DNA from: Octopus vulgaris
Lineage: Eukaryota
Assembly: GCA_951406725.2 (NCBI GenBank)
Contig: OX597816.1
Span: 169,012,001 to 169,076,000, forward strand
DNA: 64,000 nt
Direction: 5' to 3'
Made by a program: the position numbers and the translations under genes. The notes under the pieces are model-generated. The model worked only from the letters and a program-made list of their open reading frames with translations. It was not told the origin of the DNA and did not search any database. Below, piece after piece: positions 14,240-28,884 of the stretch. Position 1 is the stretch's first letter. The number at the start of each line of letters is the position of its first letter.

Positions 14240-15176
14240 TTTTGTGTGTCTGTGTTTGTCCCCACCAACATCGCTTGACAACCGATGCTGGTGTGTTTAC
14301 GTCCCCGTTACTTAGCGGTTCGGAAAAATAGACCGATAGAATAAGTACTAGGCTTACAAAGAATAAGTCCCGGGGTCGATTTGCTCGACTAAAGGCGGTG
14401 CTCCAGCATGGCCGCAGTCAAGTGACTGAAACAAGTAAAAGAGTAAAAAGAGAGAGTAACCACACAGTACCAATAACTAGCACCTTTCACACCAAGGGTC
14501 TCCGAGAGAAATTTTGCACGGGGAACAAGAGTGTTTTCAGGCTCCGGTGGTGAAAGGGGTTACTCAAATTTAAAGATTTAAGGTCCAAAAGAACTCAAAC
14601 CCCTCAGTTTTATTTCAGTAAAACGTTAATGATATGGTACGAAGGTTTTCGTTTTCCCCTCTTCTGTGTTATAGAACATAGTACCAGCGTACACAAAGGT
14701 GATTGACTTTAGACAGGAAGTGAGAGAGTTGTGCCCTGGAGATGAATACAATGTGTTTTACTTGTCAGTAAGATATAATGAATAGCCAGATAAACTTATT
14801 CTTTTATTTGTTTCAGTCATTTGACTGCGGCCACGCTGGAGCACCGCCTTTAGTCGAAGAAATCGACTCCAGGACTTTGTAAGCCTAGTGCTTATTTTAT
14901 CGGGACACTTTTACCGAACGGCTAAGTTACAGGGACGTTAATACACTAACATCGGTTGTCAAGCGATAGTGGGTGGACAAACACAGACATACAACCACAC
15001 ACACACACACACACACACACGACGGGTTTCTTTCAGTTTCCGTCTACCAAATCCACACACAAGGCTTTGGGCGGCCTGAAGTTATAAGTAGAAGACACTT
15101 GCCCAAGCTGTACGCAGTGGTACTGAACCCATAACTATGTGGTTGGTAAGCGAGCTACTTACCACACAGCCACTCC
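13590..15176. mobile_element. Cluster of three SINE-B copies (13590-14020 -, 14037-14455 +, 14795-15176 -)
   Basis: homology; alternating orientation. Confidence 0.82.
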
Positions 15177-15630
15177 TTATATTTTTCTTTTACAAAACAT
15201 ACAACTCAAATTCACATGTAGGAAAAATTCGATGGTTAAACATAAAAACCGTTTCTGTTTTAGATTGAAAAAAAGAAATAATTAGATCTAGATGTTCAAA
15301 ATCTAATTATGGACGTATGGAAACTAAGAAAATGCTGATAATATGGGGGGAAAAGCCTGACAGCATGGTCAGATGTTTGTCATATTTCTCTGTCTGAAAA
15401 TATTAATGAGAAAAATAACAATGTCTTAGAGCAAGGTGAACTACTAAATATAATTTATGAATTACATCTCAGACACTTGACAGACACAAACAGTAAAGAT
15501 AGAGAGAAAAGACATCGATATGTGGCGCTAAAAAACATACCATGATGTTGCTTTAGACATCAGCTGAAATTCCATGCAGATATATACGCACATACATAGT
15601 TACTTACATACACGCATGCATGCATATATG

Positions 15631-15796
<166 letters not shown>

Positions 15797-15876
15797 CATA
15801 TATACATATACATATACATATATATACATATCTATATATACATACATACATACATACATTCATACATACATACATT

Positions 15877-15942
<66 letters not shown>

Positions 15943-16282
15943 ATATAATATAAGTAATATATAAATATCTGCATATATACATAAACGCGGAGTAGACGAA
16001 ACAGGGACAACTGAAGAAGGGTAAGGGTAATATTGCTTGTGTTGTATGCCTTGTACTCTGTTTCTTTTGTTGTTTGAAAAAATTTCGTTTCTATGTTTTT
16101 GTCTTTATGTTTTCGTTTCTCATTGTGTTCAAGTTTTTTTTATGCCCTGTACACATATATGCATGCATATATACATATATATGTAGCTATGTACATATAT
16201 GTATGTATATATGCATATATTTATATATTATTTATATTATTGTATGATCGAACGCCACGCATCCCTTTCCAAGTAAGTTTTC

Positions 16283-16445
<163 letters not shown>

Positions 16446-16518
16446 AATTGATGGCTGTCGACTCGTTAAACGAGAATGGCGATGATTGACAAAATGAAGT
16501 GTATTACAGCATAATGTT

Positions 16519-17130
16519 TGAGAGCGACAATAGCTCTACAGTCCTACCAGAGATTTAAAGAACGTGTTACTGATTCGACATTTCTACGAATTCTTCTGAC
16601 TTTGTTGTTCCAGATCTGATGATTTTCTCTGTACCCTCATGTGCCCAGATAAACCTGCTTGATTTATACACGTGTTATGGCAGACCAGGCTAGTTGTCAG
16701 AGTTTGGTGCCTGGGGTGCTCCAGAATATTCTGGGTGGGCACTAATTTGTAATTATCCGTTCTACATTAGGGAGGGGTAAGTCGATCTCATCGATCACCA
16801 GTACATGACTGGTACTTAATTTAGTGAGAGCGACAATAGCTCTACAGTCCTACCAGAGATTTAAAGAACGTGTTACTGATTCGACATTTCTACGAATTCT
16901 TCTGACTTTGTTGTTCCAGATCTGATGATTTTCTCTGTACCCTCATGTGCCCAGATAAACCTGCTTGATTTATACACGTGTTATGGCAGACCAGGCTAGT
17001 TGTCAGAGTTTGGTGCCTGGGGGTGCTTCAGAATATTCTGGGTGGGCACTAATTTGTAATTATCCGTTCTACATTAGGGAGGGGTAAGTCGATCTCATCG
17101 ATCACCAGTACATGACTGGTACTTAATTTA
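16519..17130. repeat. Near-identical 306-bp tandem duplication
   Basis: 16519-16823 vs 16825-17130, about two differences. Confidence 0.95.
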
Positions 17131-17440
17131 TCGACTCCGAAAGGATGAAAGGCAAAGTCGACCTCGGCTGAATTTGAATTCAGAACGCAGTGACAGACAA
17201 AATACCTATTTCTTTACTACCCACAAGGGGCTAAGCACAGAGGGGACAAACAAGGAGAGACAAACGGATTAAGTCGATTATATCGACCCCAGTGCGTAAC
17301 TGGTACTTAATTTATTGACCCCGAAAGGATGAAAGGCAAAGTCGACCTCGGCGGAATTTGAACTCTGAACGTAGCGGCAGACGAAATACCGCTAGGCATT
17401 TCGCCCGGCGTGCTAACGTTTCTGCCAGCTCGCCGCCTTA
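17073..17440 (-). mobile_element. SINE-A dimer
   Basis: aaatacctatttc junction at ~17200. Confidence 0.85.
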
Positions 17441-17894
17441 ATCCCGCTTGAACTTCTTCCTAGGATGTCAACCTCTAGAGACAGCTCCTTGCACGTCAGG
17501 TGCTAACATATGACAGTTGAAATGGAAGATTAACAAATAGACATTAAGGTCTCAGGGAATTCGTTAAGGCTACAAATCTTGCCCACCATGCAGATTTTGA
17601 AAGTACGTAAAAAAAAAAAATTATCCCACAAACGAAAATACACATATTGGAGAGACGGATATAGACAAACTGATAGTCAAATGGACAGGTAGCAGACAGA
17701 CAGACAGACTGATAGATCAACAAAATAAATCGATATTCAACGGAATTTGTGTACAAAGTTGTTTAACTAAGTATGACTATATATAACAGCATATACATCA
17801 ATATTTGTGTGTGTGTGTATAATTTTGACAACAAATGTAGTTGTAAGTACACCGACATAATATAATATAATATAATATAATACAATATAATATA

Positions 17895-17941
<47 letters not shown>

Positions 17942-18118
17942 AATATATATATAGGCGCAGGAGTGGCTGTGTGGTAAGTAGCTTGCTAACCAGCCACATG
18001 GTTCCGGGTTTGGTCCCACTGCGTGGCACCTTGGGCAAGTGTCTTTTGCTATAGCCCCGGGCCGACCAATGCCTTGTGAGTGGATTTGGTAGACAGAAAC
18101 TGAAAGAAGCCTGTCGTA

Positions 18119-18189
<71 letters not shown>

Positions 18190-18192
<3 letters not shown>

Positions 18193-18580
18193 AATTAGTA
18201 AATAAATGGCACAACTAAGTACCGATATTTACTGGAAATAGCGAACGTAAAAATACGACGCTAATGTGTAGCTTCACCGCGTATGTATTAGCAAAAATGC
18301 GTGTGCAACAAAATAGAGAAAAAAAACCGTCTTACCTCCAGGGAGAACATCTGAAAGATGAAATACCCGGAAAATGGATAATGTGGTACCTGCAGGTTTC
18401 AGGTTTTGCAAGATATGTCTCTCACCCATATTTTGCTTTACCTTCTTCAGCCAAACATATACCAAGACGAAATCTATGATGTTACCACATTAATACTAAC
18501 ACACTCGACTGAAATACGGAACGCTAACAGTACGAGAAACGGTGAAGAAGTTTCAAAATATCAGTAATGCAATACAAAGT
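18190..18580 (-). mobile_element. Hammerhead-carrying insert (Penelope-like repeat or retrozyme monomer) in the SINE-B microsatellite
   Basis: splits SINE-B 17953-18813. Confidence 0.6.
18381..18458 (-). ncRNA. Type I hammerhead ribozyme, intact core
   Basis: UGG-CUGAAGA-AGGU..ACCU-GAAA-CC(UGCA)GG-UA-CCA; predicted cut between 18387 and 18386. Confidence 0.8.
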
Positions 18581-20374
18581 ATATATATATGTATGTGTGT
18601 GTATATGTTTGTGTGTCTGTGTTTGTCCCCCTAGCATTGCGTGACAACCGATGCTGGTGTGTTTATGTCCCCGTTACTTAGCGGTTCGGCAAAAGAGACC
18701 GATAGAATAAGTACTGGGCTTACAAAAAGAATAAGTCCCGGGGTCGAGTTGCTCGATTAAAGGCGGTGCTCCAGCATGGCCGCAGTCAAATGACTGAAAC
18801 ATGTAAAAAGAGTATATAAACAAATGTATATATATAAATGTATACACACACATGGATGTATGTGTGTGCTAGTATGCCCGCGCGCGTGCGTGCGTAAGAC
18901 AGTGTTAATGTCATAGTCTGAAGTGTTAGCGTCATAATTAACAAGAGGAACTTGACGTCCTAATAGATACGACTTGAACATTTTCTCACTATTCAATTGC
19001 GCCAGCTCTACAACTGACGCTACATTTTGATTGATAGTACATAGCTTATTCATTGCTTGTTGTTTGAAAAATGTCCAAATGTTAATCTAATTCGGTTAAT
19101 TAATTAAGTTTGTATATTATCTGTGTTACTGTAGGTAATTATGCAAATATTTTAATTTTGACAATGCCAAATAAAGCCATTTATCTGTTCGTGAGTTTCG
19201 AGTGATTTATTGAGAGTTATTATTCTGCTAGGTATGGACTTCCATCGCAGACAATTTGAAACTGCGGAAGCTAATTATCCTGATATCATTAATGTGCCAG
19301 ACCCAGACAGAAATATCATTACTGACGCAAGTAAATAAAATTTCTCATTATATATTTGCATTAATGTAATTTTTCTCGATCCAGTCAGACAGACTTTTAT
19401 TCTCATTGCAAAAAATACACATTTAGTAAAACATTCGATGGATAAACATAAGAAAACCACTCCTGTGTCAGATTCAGACGAAATATTTGAATTAGACCAA
19501 TAAGTAGCTTAAAATCAAATTACGAAGTGTAGAAAATATTGATAGGAAAAAAAAGGGAGCCTAACAACATCGTTGGATCTTTGTCTCTCTGACAACATCA
19601 ATAGGGAAGATAATAACAAAGCAATGAAGCGCATCCAGGAAGCAAACAAATATTGTATATGAGTTACATCTCAGACATTAGAATAGATTGAAAGAAAAGG
19701 CATTCAAATATATAGATAACTACATTGAAAGTCAGGCTTCCACAGACACAAGTCCATGCATATACAATGTTCGTCTGGATATTGGCAAAACTTTCGATGG
19801 CGACCGACATTTGAATCTCTTAATAATAAACCTTCTCACATAATGACTCTCCATCTGTTTCTTTTATCTTGCATCTCTTGCCTTTCTTAAGCTGTGATGT
19901 GCCCTAGGGTTCAGTTTTATCCCCACTCTTTTATACATCATTAATCTGTTTACTTTCACGTTTTGCAACGCCGACGCTCACCCTTTGTTCTCCAACCACG
20001 CATAATCCACTCATGATGGAGACACCAGCTTCCCAAGCCTGCGTGGATTACTTGAATGGAAACCTAGAAAGCAAGCCCTTCTGAAGTCATGTTAATGTTG
20101 TCCCTTTCAACAGCAAATACGTAAGTACTACAATTATGAAGTATAGTTTATCACACGAAACCGATATTCAAAGTGGGCAACATTTAATTATAACCTTCAC
20201 TGTCGCTCAAAGTATTTGATCTCGCAATTTGCGAGAAACACTTCTGTGGGAAAGCACATCACTAATACACACAGAACCGTATCTCAAAGACTGAGTCTTT
20301 TTTTAGAGCCAGAAAATAACTTCGGTTACCATCAATCGCTAACACAAAGCTCAGCCGACAAACAGAGTATACTT

Positions 20375-20946
20375 CCCACATGGAACCCCTATCTTGCCCA
20401 GGATATCAAGCGTCTGGAAGCTGTTCAGCGACGTGCAATCAAAAGAATACCCTCCATCAGGCATTTGCCATATCCTGAACGCCTTACTTCCCTGGGCATG
20501 GACACATTGAAACTCCGACGTCTGGCAGCTGACTTGGCAGACACCCATAAAATTATCAACCATCGTACAAACAATAACTCTGAGCACATTTTCAAACTCC
20601 ACCCATCTAACACCCGTGGACATATTTACAAAGTAAGAGAACAGCACAGCTCCCATGACTTCAGGAAACATTTTTTCACGCTGAGAGTTGCTGAAGCGTG
20701 GAACAAACTGCCGGCATCAGTTGTTAGTTGTTGGAGCACTGCATCCTTCAAAACTTCCATGCTTCCTGAGATTCGCCAACACTGCACCTGATTTTCTCCC
20801 CTCCATACACACACAAGCATGTATCTGACTCATACATTGTTTGCTTTCCAGACATTTCTACATTACTGCATGTACTTTATATGCACTTTCTGACAAGTTG
20901 TGGTGCACCTGAGCACTGTATACAATAATTTCATTATTATTATTAT
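20375..20946 (+). mobile_element. 3' fragment of a CR1-type LINE
   Basis: WNPY..LEAVQRRA..Y.ERL..RRL..DL..TRGH..FF..RV..WN.LP ending at stop 20791; (ATT)n tail. Confidence 0.88.
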
Positions 20947-21299
20947 GTGTACCCATGATACTGCATCGCGCAGAAAACCCAAACTGCATCCACATTAAGC
21001 CCACACAAATGAATGGCATAAAATCACTTCGGCTTACACTCGTCCCGTCTTTTTACTCTCAGTTTTCTACCGAACCTGTAATGGCAGTCATTCCCCAGAA
21101 CGGATTGGTATTGTACCTCCTCAACATATTTACTCCTGATACTCGTCTCTCCTCATCTCATCAACCTTTGTGGTATCCAACCACCGAGTCCGTGCACTAA
21201 CCTTTATTTCCAGTAATTCTTCCTTGGTCATCGAAATCGAACCTCTGTTATTTTTTCCTTGCTTGTGCTATTACTGCTCCTTATCCATTATTCAGACTT

Positions 21300-21800
21300 T
21301 TACCTTTGGCTTTTAAGTCCTCCTCTGTTGCTCAACACATTGGGTAGCAGTCTTCCTTCACCGGACTCAGTCGGCTGCAACTCTTGCACATCCATTCTTG
21401 TCTCCAGGTTATCTTGGAATGCACGCTGTCAAGTGATCGCACTTGTCACTTTTACGCGTGCCATCTGGTGGTACTCGAGTCATAGCTGTCTTTGTATGAC
21501 CTTGATCAACTTAACGGAGAATGTTGCTGGCTGGGTAGAATCGTCGCTCGGCACGGTCCCGCCAGTTGACCTTAGGGCCTTCCTTTGATGGATTACCTTT
21601 ACTTTTTTATCTGTCCTTACAGTGCTCTTCCAAGTCTCGCTGGCATAAATTGCAGCAGTCAGAAGATAGAGTTATATATACGAAATTTCACATTGTAAAG
21701 CAGTGCTTGTTGCATAAGTTGTTACACCCAGAAACAGCTTAGCCAATCTTCAGGTCCTGTTACTTATAAGCTGTTTACATTGTCGCGCGGGGATGAATAA
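21300..21800 (-). mobile_element. RTE-like LINE RT C-terminal remnant
   Basis: AAIYASETW motif on the minus strand (~21630-21657). Confidence 0.5.
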
Positions 21801-22705
21801 ATGGATTATCAAACTAGCCACAACACGAATTGTAAGTTGAAAAAAGAAAAAACAAAACAAAAAAAAAAACAATATCAAATGACCAATGAAAGTGTTAATT
21901 AGAGGATAGGTTGCCCTAAAAGGAAGTAAAGTGTGTGGGTTTATAGATGTCATTAAGTGGAAGGAAAAAGATGCTAGGTAGAGGTGAAAGTGTGGTGGGG
22001 AGGACTAATAATAAAATTCCTTTACACTAAGATATCACAAAGATATTAAGAGACAAAGAACTGATAGCATAAAAGTTCTAGACACCTAACTTGGATGAAT
22101 TATTGGGACACACTGATAAAGAAGTAATAGACAACCAGGGAGTAATAAAAGCCACAAATAGAATTTACGTGTGTAAAAGAATACAAACATATATCGCACA
22201 ATGTGACACTACGGGCGGGGTTTTAACACCATAAATAAAGCTGTGGCAACCTTATTTGAATCAGTGAAGTCAGGTTTCAATGGGAGTCATCTATAGTTAT
22301 CTCCCCTGTCGCATCGTTAGCAACTAGATGGCGCTTGTTACCTAACTATAAAAAGACGTTCCCGGACGTCACACTTTCTTTCTTCTCCTGTACACTACCT
22401 ACGATTAGCTATGGTGTTCTTCATCTCTGTGCCTGCTATGAGACAACTTCTTGTTGACTGAATTTTCTTTAATTCCCTTCACCAGTCATGGAATACGGCA
22501 AGACGAAAGCATTCCCTTACTCAAAGTCCGTTCTGTTCAATTGAATGATAATGTACAAGCTGTGTAAATACTCTCATTCCGCATCGGAATAAATTCCTCA
22601 AGCATATCAAGTCTTCACAATCACACACGAGTGGTTGTTCCTCACTGGATTGATTCTAACAGCTATCGAAGAATGACTGAACATTATATTAAATTAGTAA
22701 GGTGG

Positions 22706-23058
22706 TTACGTTCAGAGTTCAAATTCCGCTGAGGTTGACTTTGTCTTTCATCCTTTCGGGGTCGATTAAATAAGTATCAGTTACGCACTGGGGCCGATAT
22801 AATCGACTTAATCCGTTTCTGTCCTTGTTTGTCCTCTCTGTGTTTGGTCCCTTGTGGGTAGTAAAGAAATAGGTATTTCGTCTGCCGTTACGTTCTGAGT
22901 TCAAATTCCACCGAGGTCGACTTTGTCTTTCATCCTTTCGGGGTCGATAAATTAAGTACCAGTCATGCACTGGGGTCGATATAATCGACTTTATCCGTTT
23001 GTCTGTCCTTGTTTGTCCCCTCTATGTTTAGCCCCTTGTGGGCAATAAAAAAATAGGA
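22706..23058 (+). mobile_element. SINE-A headless dimer
   Basis: gaaataggtatttc junction at ~22870. Confidence 0.85.
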
Positions 23059-23214
23059 AACATTTACTGGCAGTACTCCCGAAAAGGATGCAACGAGAGG
23101 TCTGTCAGAAAAGATACATGGTGATAAAATGGCACCCTTCCTCTTAAGACAGTATTGCAGTATTGTGTTGAAGAAATGGGGTTGAGTCACGGCACAGCTT
23201 TTGATTATAACAGA

Positions 23215-23616
23215 CTAGCAGTATCGCCCGACGTTGCTCGGGTTTGTAGGGGAAATAACTATACAAGCATTTTTAGAGAGTTACTTCCCTTATATAATAG
23301 CAAAAAATGCATTAAAAATGAAAAAAATTGATGGTAAAATTTTTTTTAAATCGTAGACTCATCGTAGACATTTTTAGAGAGTTACTTCCCTTATATAATA
23401 GCGAAAAAATGCATTAAAAATGGAAAAAAATGATGGTAAATTTTTTTTAAATCGTAGACTCATCGTAGACGCGCGCTAATACCCAGAAGGGCTCGATATG
23501 AATCACGACTATAAGACACCCGCTTTTGGTTAAACTGCACCAAAAAATGTGGGAGTAGTTTGGAATCTAAATCGTAGGAGACAGACACCACACAACTTCA
23601 CTTTTATATATATAGA
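23215..23616 (-). mobile_element. Non-autonomous Helitron-like element
   Basis: 5' TC after A, subterminal hairpin cccga..tcggg, 3' CTAG before T; internal ~100-bp direct repeat. Confidence 0.8.
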
Positions 23617-23619
23617 TAT

Positions 23620-24060
23620 GTTCAGATTGTCGGTCGTGGTGGAATCGTTGAGATAGATGAAACAGTCTTCTCAAGACGTAAATACAACTGAGCAATGGGT
23701 TTTCGGAGGAGTGTGTCACGGGACCAGACACGTTTTTACTTTATGCAGCGCCATGTCGGAATCGCGATACGCTGAAGAAATGCATACGTCAGTCGATTCT
23801 GCCAGGAACCACAATTTTCAGTGACTTTCAGTAACATATTCCTGAAATTGATGGCTATAATTTCCGACATTGAACAGTGAATCACAGCATTGAGTTAATT
23901 AACTGGAAAGATGGTACTTACACGCAACAAGCGGAAAGTACATGGGCCTCTGTGAAACCGTTCCAAGGTTAATTTGTATCTTTGCGAGTTTATGTGATGC
24001 AGGCGATACGATAATTATAATTTGTTTTAGCAAACTTCTTGAGTGCATCGCAAAATTTTG
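23620..24060 (+). mobile_element. Merlin (IS1016/ISXO2-like) transposase remnant
   Basis: GGIVEIDETVFSRRKYN, WVFGG, NRDTL, ILPGTTIFSD, VNHS..TQQAESTW. Confidence 0.8.
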
Positions 24061-24494
24061 TATTGTTTACATGAACTGAACAACAGTTTTTTTTTGTAAT
24101 TTAGCGTTCAGTTTGTTTTCATAATTCAATATTTGTTTTGTAATTTTTCACAAAGAAATTTTTAATTGAGGACTTTTTCTTTTTCTATTGTTTACATAAC
24201 TGTTCCAAAATTTCACATGACTTTATTCATTAAGACATGTTAAAACTTCCACCGTTAAATGTTTTGTTGTAATTTTGTTGTCATCACGCACAAAATACCA
24301 ACTCGCCCAATCCTGTTTTCTGATTTGGTAAAAATCACTTAACTTTAAATCACTTTAACATTCTTCTAAAATTTTTTTCTGAAACTAGTGAATAACATCA
24401 GATACAGCGTGAAAAATTACATCAATATACCAGATTTGAAATTTTTCACTTAATTTAAAAATTTCAAAAAATGAAAGCTAAACATATATATATG

Positions 24495-24560
<66 letters not shown>

Positions 24561-24596
24561 TACATACATATATGAATGTATAATATACATACATGT

Positions 24597-24628
<32 letters not shown>

Positions 24629-24694
24629 CAATATACGTATGTGTATGACCATGCGAGTTCTCGAGAGAGTGACTGTGTGTAAGCGTGTGTATAT

Positions 24695-24928
24695 ATATTT
24701 CTTTACTACCCACAAGGGGCTAAACATAGAGGGGACAAACAAGGACGGACAAACGGATTAAGTCGATTACATCGACCCAGTGCGAAACTGGTACTTTATT
24801 TATCGACCCCGAAAGGATGAAAGGCAAAGTCGACCTCGGCGGAATTTGAACTCAGAACGTAACGACAGACGAAATACGGCTAAGCATTTCACCCGGCGCG
24901 CTAACGTTTCTGCCAGCTCGCCGCCTTA
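24695..24928 (-). mobile_element. SINE-A monomer
   Basis: TSD agcgtgtgtatatat. Confidence 0.9.
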
Positions 24929-25803
24929 GCGTGTGTATATATGTGGGTGCCTAATTTTCGTGTGTGTCCGTTTGTATGTGAATGTGAATGAGTGTGCGTG
25001 CGTATTGCGTATTGGTCAATAGTAATGCCTTAGTCTGAGTTATGTACGTCATAATCAACACGAAGAACTTTACGTGTCAATAGATACGATTTGAATAGTT
25101 TCTCAGTCGCATCTGCAACTGACGCTACAAATTGAATTCTCATTGCTTGTCTTCGAAACTTAGTCTTGTATATTTATGAAATTGAGTTACTTACTTTAGA
25201 TTGTATTTTATCAGTGCCACTGGTGGTATGTGCGTGGTTTCTTTTTTTGTTGACAAATGCCAAATAGAGTCAAGAACCTACGCCCATTTCTCAGCCGTTC
25301 CTTCAAGTTTTTGGTATGTACCAGCAACCATTTTGAAACTTCAGAAGATGAAGATAAGTATCCTGATATTTTGGTATATGTCTTACCCATACAGAAATGT
25401 CATTACGGATTTATATAGGAAAAAATTCTGATTATATCTTCGTCTTAGATGAAATTTTTCTTCGTCTAACCAGAGAAACCTTTACTTTTTATTGCAAAAC
25501 ACAACAAATGAAGAAAATGTTCGATTGATAAACATAAAATCATTTCTGTTTCACATAAAAAAAAAAACAAAAAAAAATCCCAATCCAACCAAAAAGTAGC
25601 TCAAAATCTAATTATAATAATATCGAGACTAAGAAAATTTTGATAATTTGAAAAAATAATTAACTAACAATATTGACTTTTGCTGCGCTATCTGACAATA
25701 TAGATAAGATAACAAAGAGATAGAGCTTGGTGAACAATTAAATAACTACATCTCTGACACTTGATTAACAGACATAAAAATAAATTGGAAAAATACATAA
25801 ATA

Positions 25804-25929
25804 CAGTAATGTCTCACTTTACGAAGAACTGCTTTACGAAACCCCGGGTTTACGAGGTTTTACGTGTTTTATTTTCTGTTTACGAGCTTTCTCTGGGAAC
25901 GAATCAACTCGTATATCGAGGCATTACTG
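25804..25929. mobile_element. Small Tc1/mariner-type MITE
   Basis: TIR cagtaatg(t/c)ctc, TA TSD. Confidence 0.75.
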
Positions 25930-26807
25930 TAATAAAAACATTTATATATAGTTAGAGTCGTAGGCTACCGTACACACTACAGTCCATACATACACAATTC
26001 ATACCATGCTGCTACTCTGGATATCAGTAAAACTGTCGTATGTGCCATTCGAATCTCCTATCGAAACTCCTTGAGTCTTGTGTTGATGAATCCCTTCCTC
26101 TCACACAGTCAATGATCTCCGGTTGTACTCTAGGGTTCAGTTTTACCCCATTCTCTTCCTTCTTTACATCACTAATCTGCCATTTCATTTCACAACGTCG
26201 ACACGTTTATGATATTTCCCGTTATTATTTCAATATCATCCACACCTAATCTGAACTGGACCTCATGAACGTAAACCACGAAAGTATCCTACACTAAGGC
26301 CATGCTTAACTTGTCTCTTTCAGCAACATATAGAGGCGTAGGTTCTGATCATATGAAGGGAATCCACCGTCAACTTGAATAACAACCAACTAGAGCATGG
26401 CCTTCACAGTTGTTCAAGATGTTAGACGTCATTATCAGTGAAGAACTCCCAGCGGGTATGGCGCATCCTTAACGAAGCTAGAACTATATTCCAAACATTA
26501 GATCTTTTCAGGGCCAGAAAAATCAGTTATCATCAGTTGCTGACACTGAATAAAGATGAGTTGAGGAACATAGAAAACCTAGACAACATCCAGATAACGA
26601 TCACATGACTGACTGGCATAAAATCCCTCACAAACAACCCGCAGCCTCCCACTCCCACTCGTTTCTCTCTGCATTTTCTACTGCGTCTTTAGTGGCATTT
26701 GTTGCTCAGAGTTTGTTATTGTGCCTCCTCCACTTATTCACTCCTGATACACTCGTCTCTTCTCATCTCATCAATCTTGTTGCACGCAACCGCCGAGTAC
26801 TCGCACT

Positions 26808-27190
26808 TGGAAGCACTCCGTCGGTTACGACGACGAGGGTTCCGGTTGATCCGATCAACGGAACAGCCTGCTCGTGAAATTAACGTGTAAGTGGCTGAGC
26901 ACTCCACAGACACGTGTACCCTTAACGTAGTTCTCGGGGATATTCAGCGTGACACAGAGAGTGACAAGGCCGGCCCCTTGAAATACAGGTACAACAGAAA
27001 CAGGAAGTAAGAGTGAGAGAAAGTTGTGGTGAAAGAGTACAGCAGGGATCACCACCATCCCCTGCCGGAGCCTCGTTGAGCTTTAGGTGTTTTCGCTCAA
27101 TAAACACTCACAACGCCCGGTCTGGGAATCGAAACCGCGATCCTACGACCGCGAGTCCGCTGCCCTAACCACTGGGCCATTGCGCCTCCA
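26808..27190 (-). mobile_element. SINE-C (tRNA-derived head with A/B boxes)
   Basis: tggcccagtgg A box, ggtttcgattccc B box; TSD ctcgcactt. Confidence 0.9.
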
Positions 27191-28284
27191 CTCGCACTTA
27201 ACAGAACTTCCAGTCCTTCTTTACGGGACTTCAACACTTCTTGCTCATATCATTACTGTAGGTGTATACTTGCAACACTTGAAGCGGAATATTAACGTCA
27301 TCAACATTAGTGCTCAGTGAGTCTGCTGAGGCTACGGCTCCAGCAACATCGGCACCCACACATTTAACAAAACAACAAATCCCCACAAACCTGTCAGCCT
27401 CTCCGTCTCTGTATGTATTCTTTACCTCGGTCGGGCGAATTACTAGCGTAAATCAGTTAACGTGTTGACTGAATTATATATAAAGCTACGGCTTTATTAA
27501 GTTCGTTCAGAGTTGTCTCTCTTAGGTACACCGCATTGACGAAAGTCAAAAAATTCGAAACATCAATACCTGGGATTCTTAAAAGAGGCGACACTGAACG
27601 AACCGAGTTTTTCACAGCTTTTTACTATCGAGATTTTTTCTTCACGGTAATTGGAGTGTATTCACCTTTTAGCAGCTGGAATATGTGATAAGAATATTTC
27701 AACTTACCTAATTCTGCTTACACACACACACAATACATATATACATATGTCTCCTAGTCTGTGTATCTATCTATATAAGAAGATGGGTGTGAGCGCGTGG
27801 GATTGCGTGTATATATGCGTGTGTTCGTAGTGTTTGTGTTTTGTGACTATATGTATATGTGTGCGTGTATATTAGACGATGGTAATATCTTAGTCTGAAA
27901 TATTTACATCATAATCACCTTTGCATCTGATGCGTACAAATTGAATTCTAGTTGATATATAACTTATTCATCGCTTTCCGTTAAAAATATGTCCGTATAT
28001 TTATATGAGTTATTTGATTGCTTTAGCTTGCATTTTATCAGTGTTACTGTGAGTATTTGAAAAGCTGTTTTAATTTCGTTCGGCAAACGTGAAATGGTGT
28101 CAAAAATCTGTTGAAGCATCTACTCGATTTGTTGATCTCTCTTTCCCCATCTTTTTTGGCATGGGCTTGCACCGTCATCAATTTTGAAACTGTGGAAGAT
28201 GATTATTCTGATATTTTTAATAAGCTAGAGTAAGATACGAGCGTCATTACTGACTCAAACAGAAAAATAGTTTTGCTTATATTT

Positions 28285-28540
28285 AATAATAAATGCGCCC
28301 TTTTAAAGCCTAGCCAGGCTCATGGGCCCACTTTCCCGATTTCTACGGCGCATGTGTTCCCCAGCTGGACGGGACGCCAGTCCATCGCAGCGTTACTCAT
28401 TTTTGCCAGCTGAGTGGACTGGAGCAACGTGATATGAAGTGTTTTGCTCAAGAACACAATGCGTCGCCCGGTCCAGGAATCGAAACCACAATCTTACGAT
28501 CATGATGCTGACACCCTAACCACTAAGCCACGCGCCTCCA
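28285..28540 (-). mobile_element. SINE-D (tRNA head, CORE-like + V-like domains)
   Basis: TSD ttgcttatattt. Confidence 0.88.
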
Positions 28541-28884
28541 CTTGCTTATATTTATTTGCTCTAAATGACATTTTTACTGATCCAGCAAGAGAAACTTATT
28601 TTTCATTGCAAAGCATACACCTCCATTTCACAATAGTTATCACAATCAGTGGATAAACATTAAAACCGTTTCTGTTTCAAATTTTGAAGTCATTCTTGAA
28701 TTAAACCTGGAAGTAACTCAAAATATTATTATAGACAAATAGAGACTCGAAAATGTTGACAAGTATGACAAAAACTAACAAGATGTCAATAAGTATGACA
28801 ACAATTCACAAGATGTGTTTTTGTTGCACCGTCTGATAATATTGGTTTGAGATTTTGGCACAAGACAGTAATTTCAGGGACTTC

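Larger units (their letters stand above)
17953..18813 (+). mobile_element. SINE-B split by the hammerhead insert
   Basis: 5' half 17953-18190, 3' half 18580-18813. Confidence 0.85.

Noticed and set aside
27533-27570. TTGACGA..GAAACATC hammerhead-like string
   Set aside because: No stem I or convincing stem II
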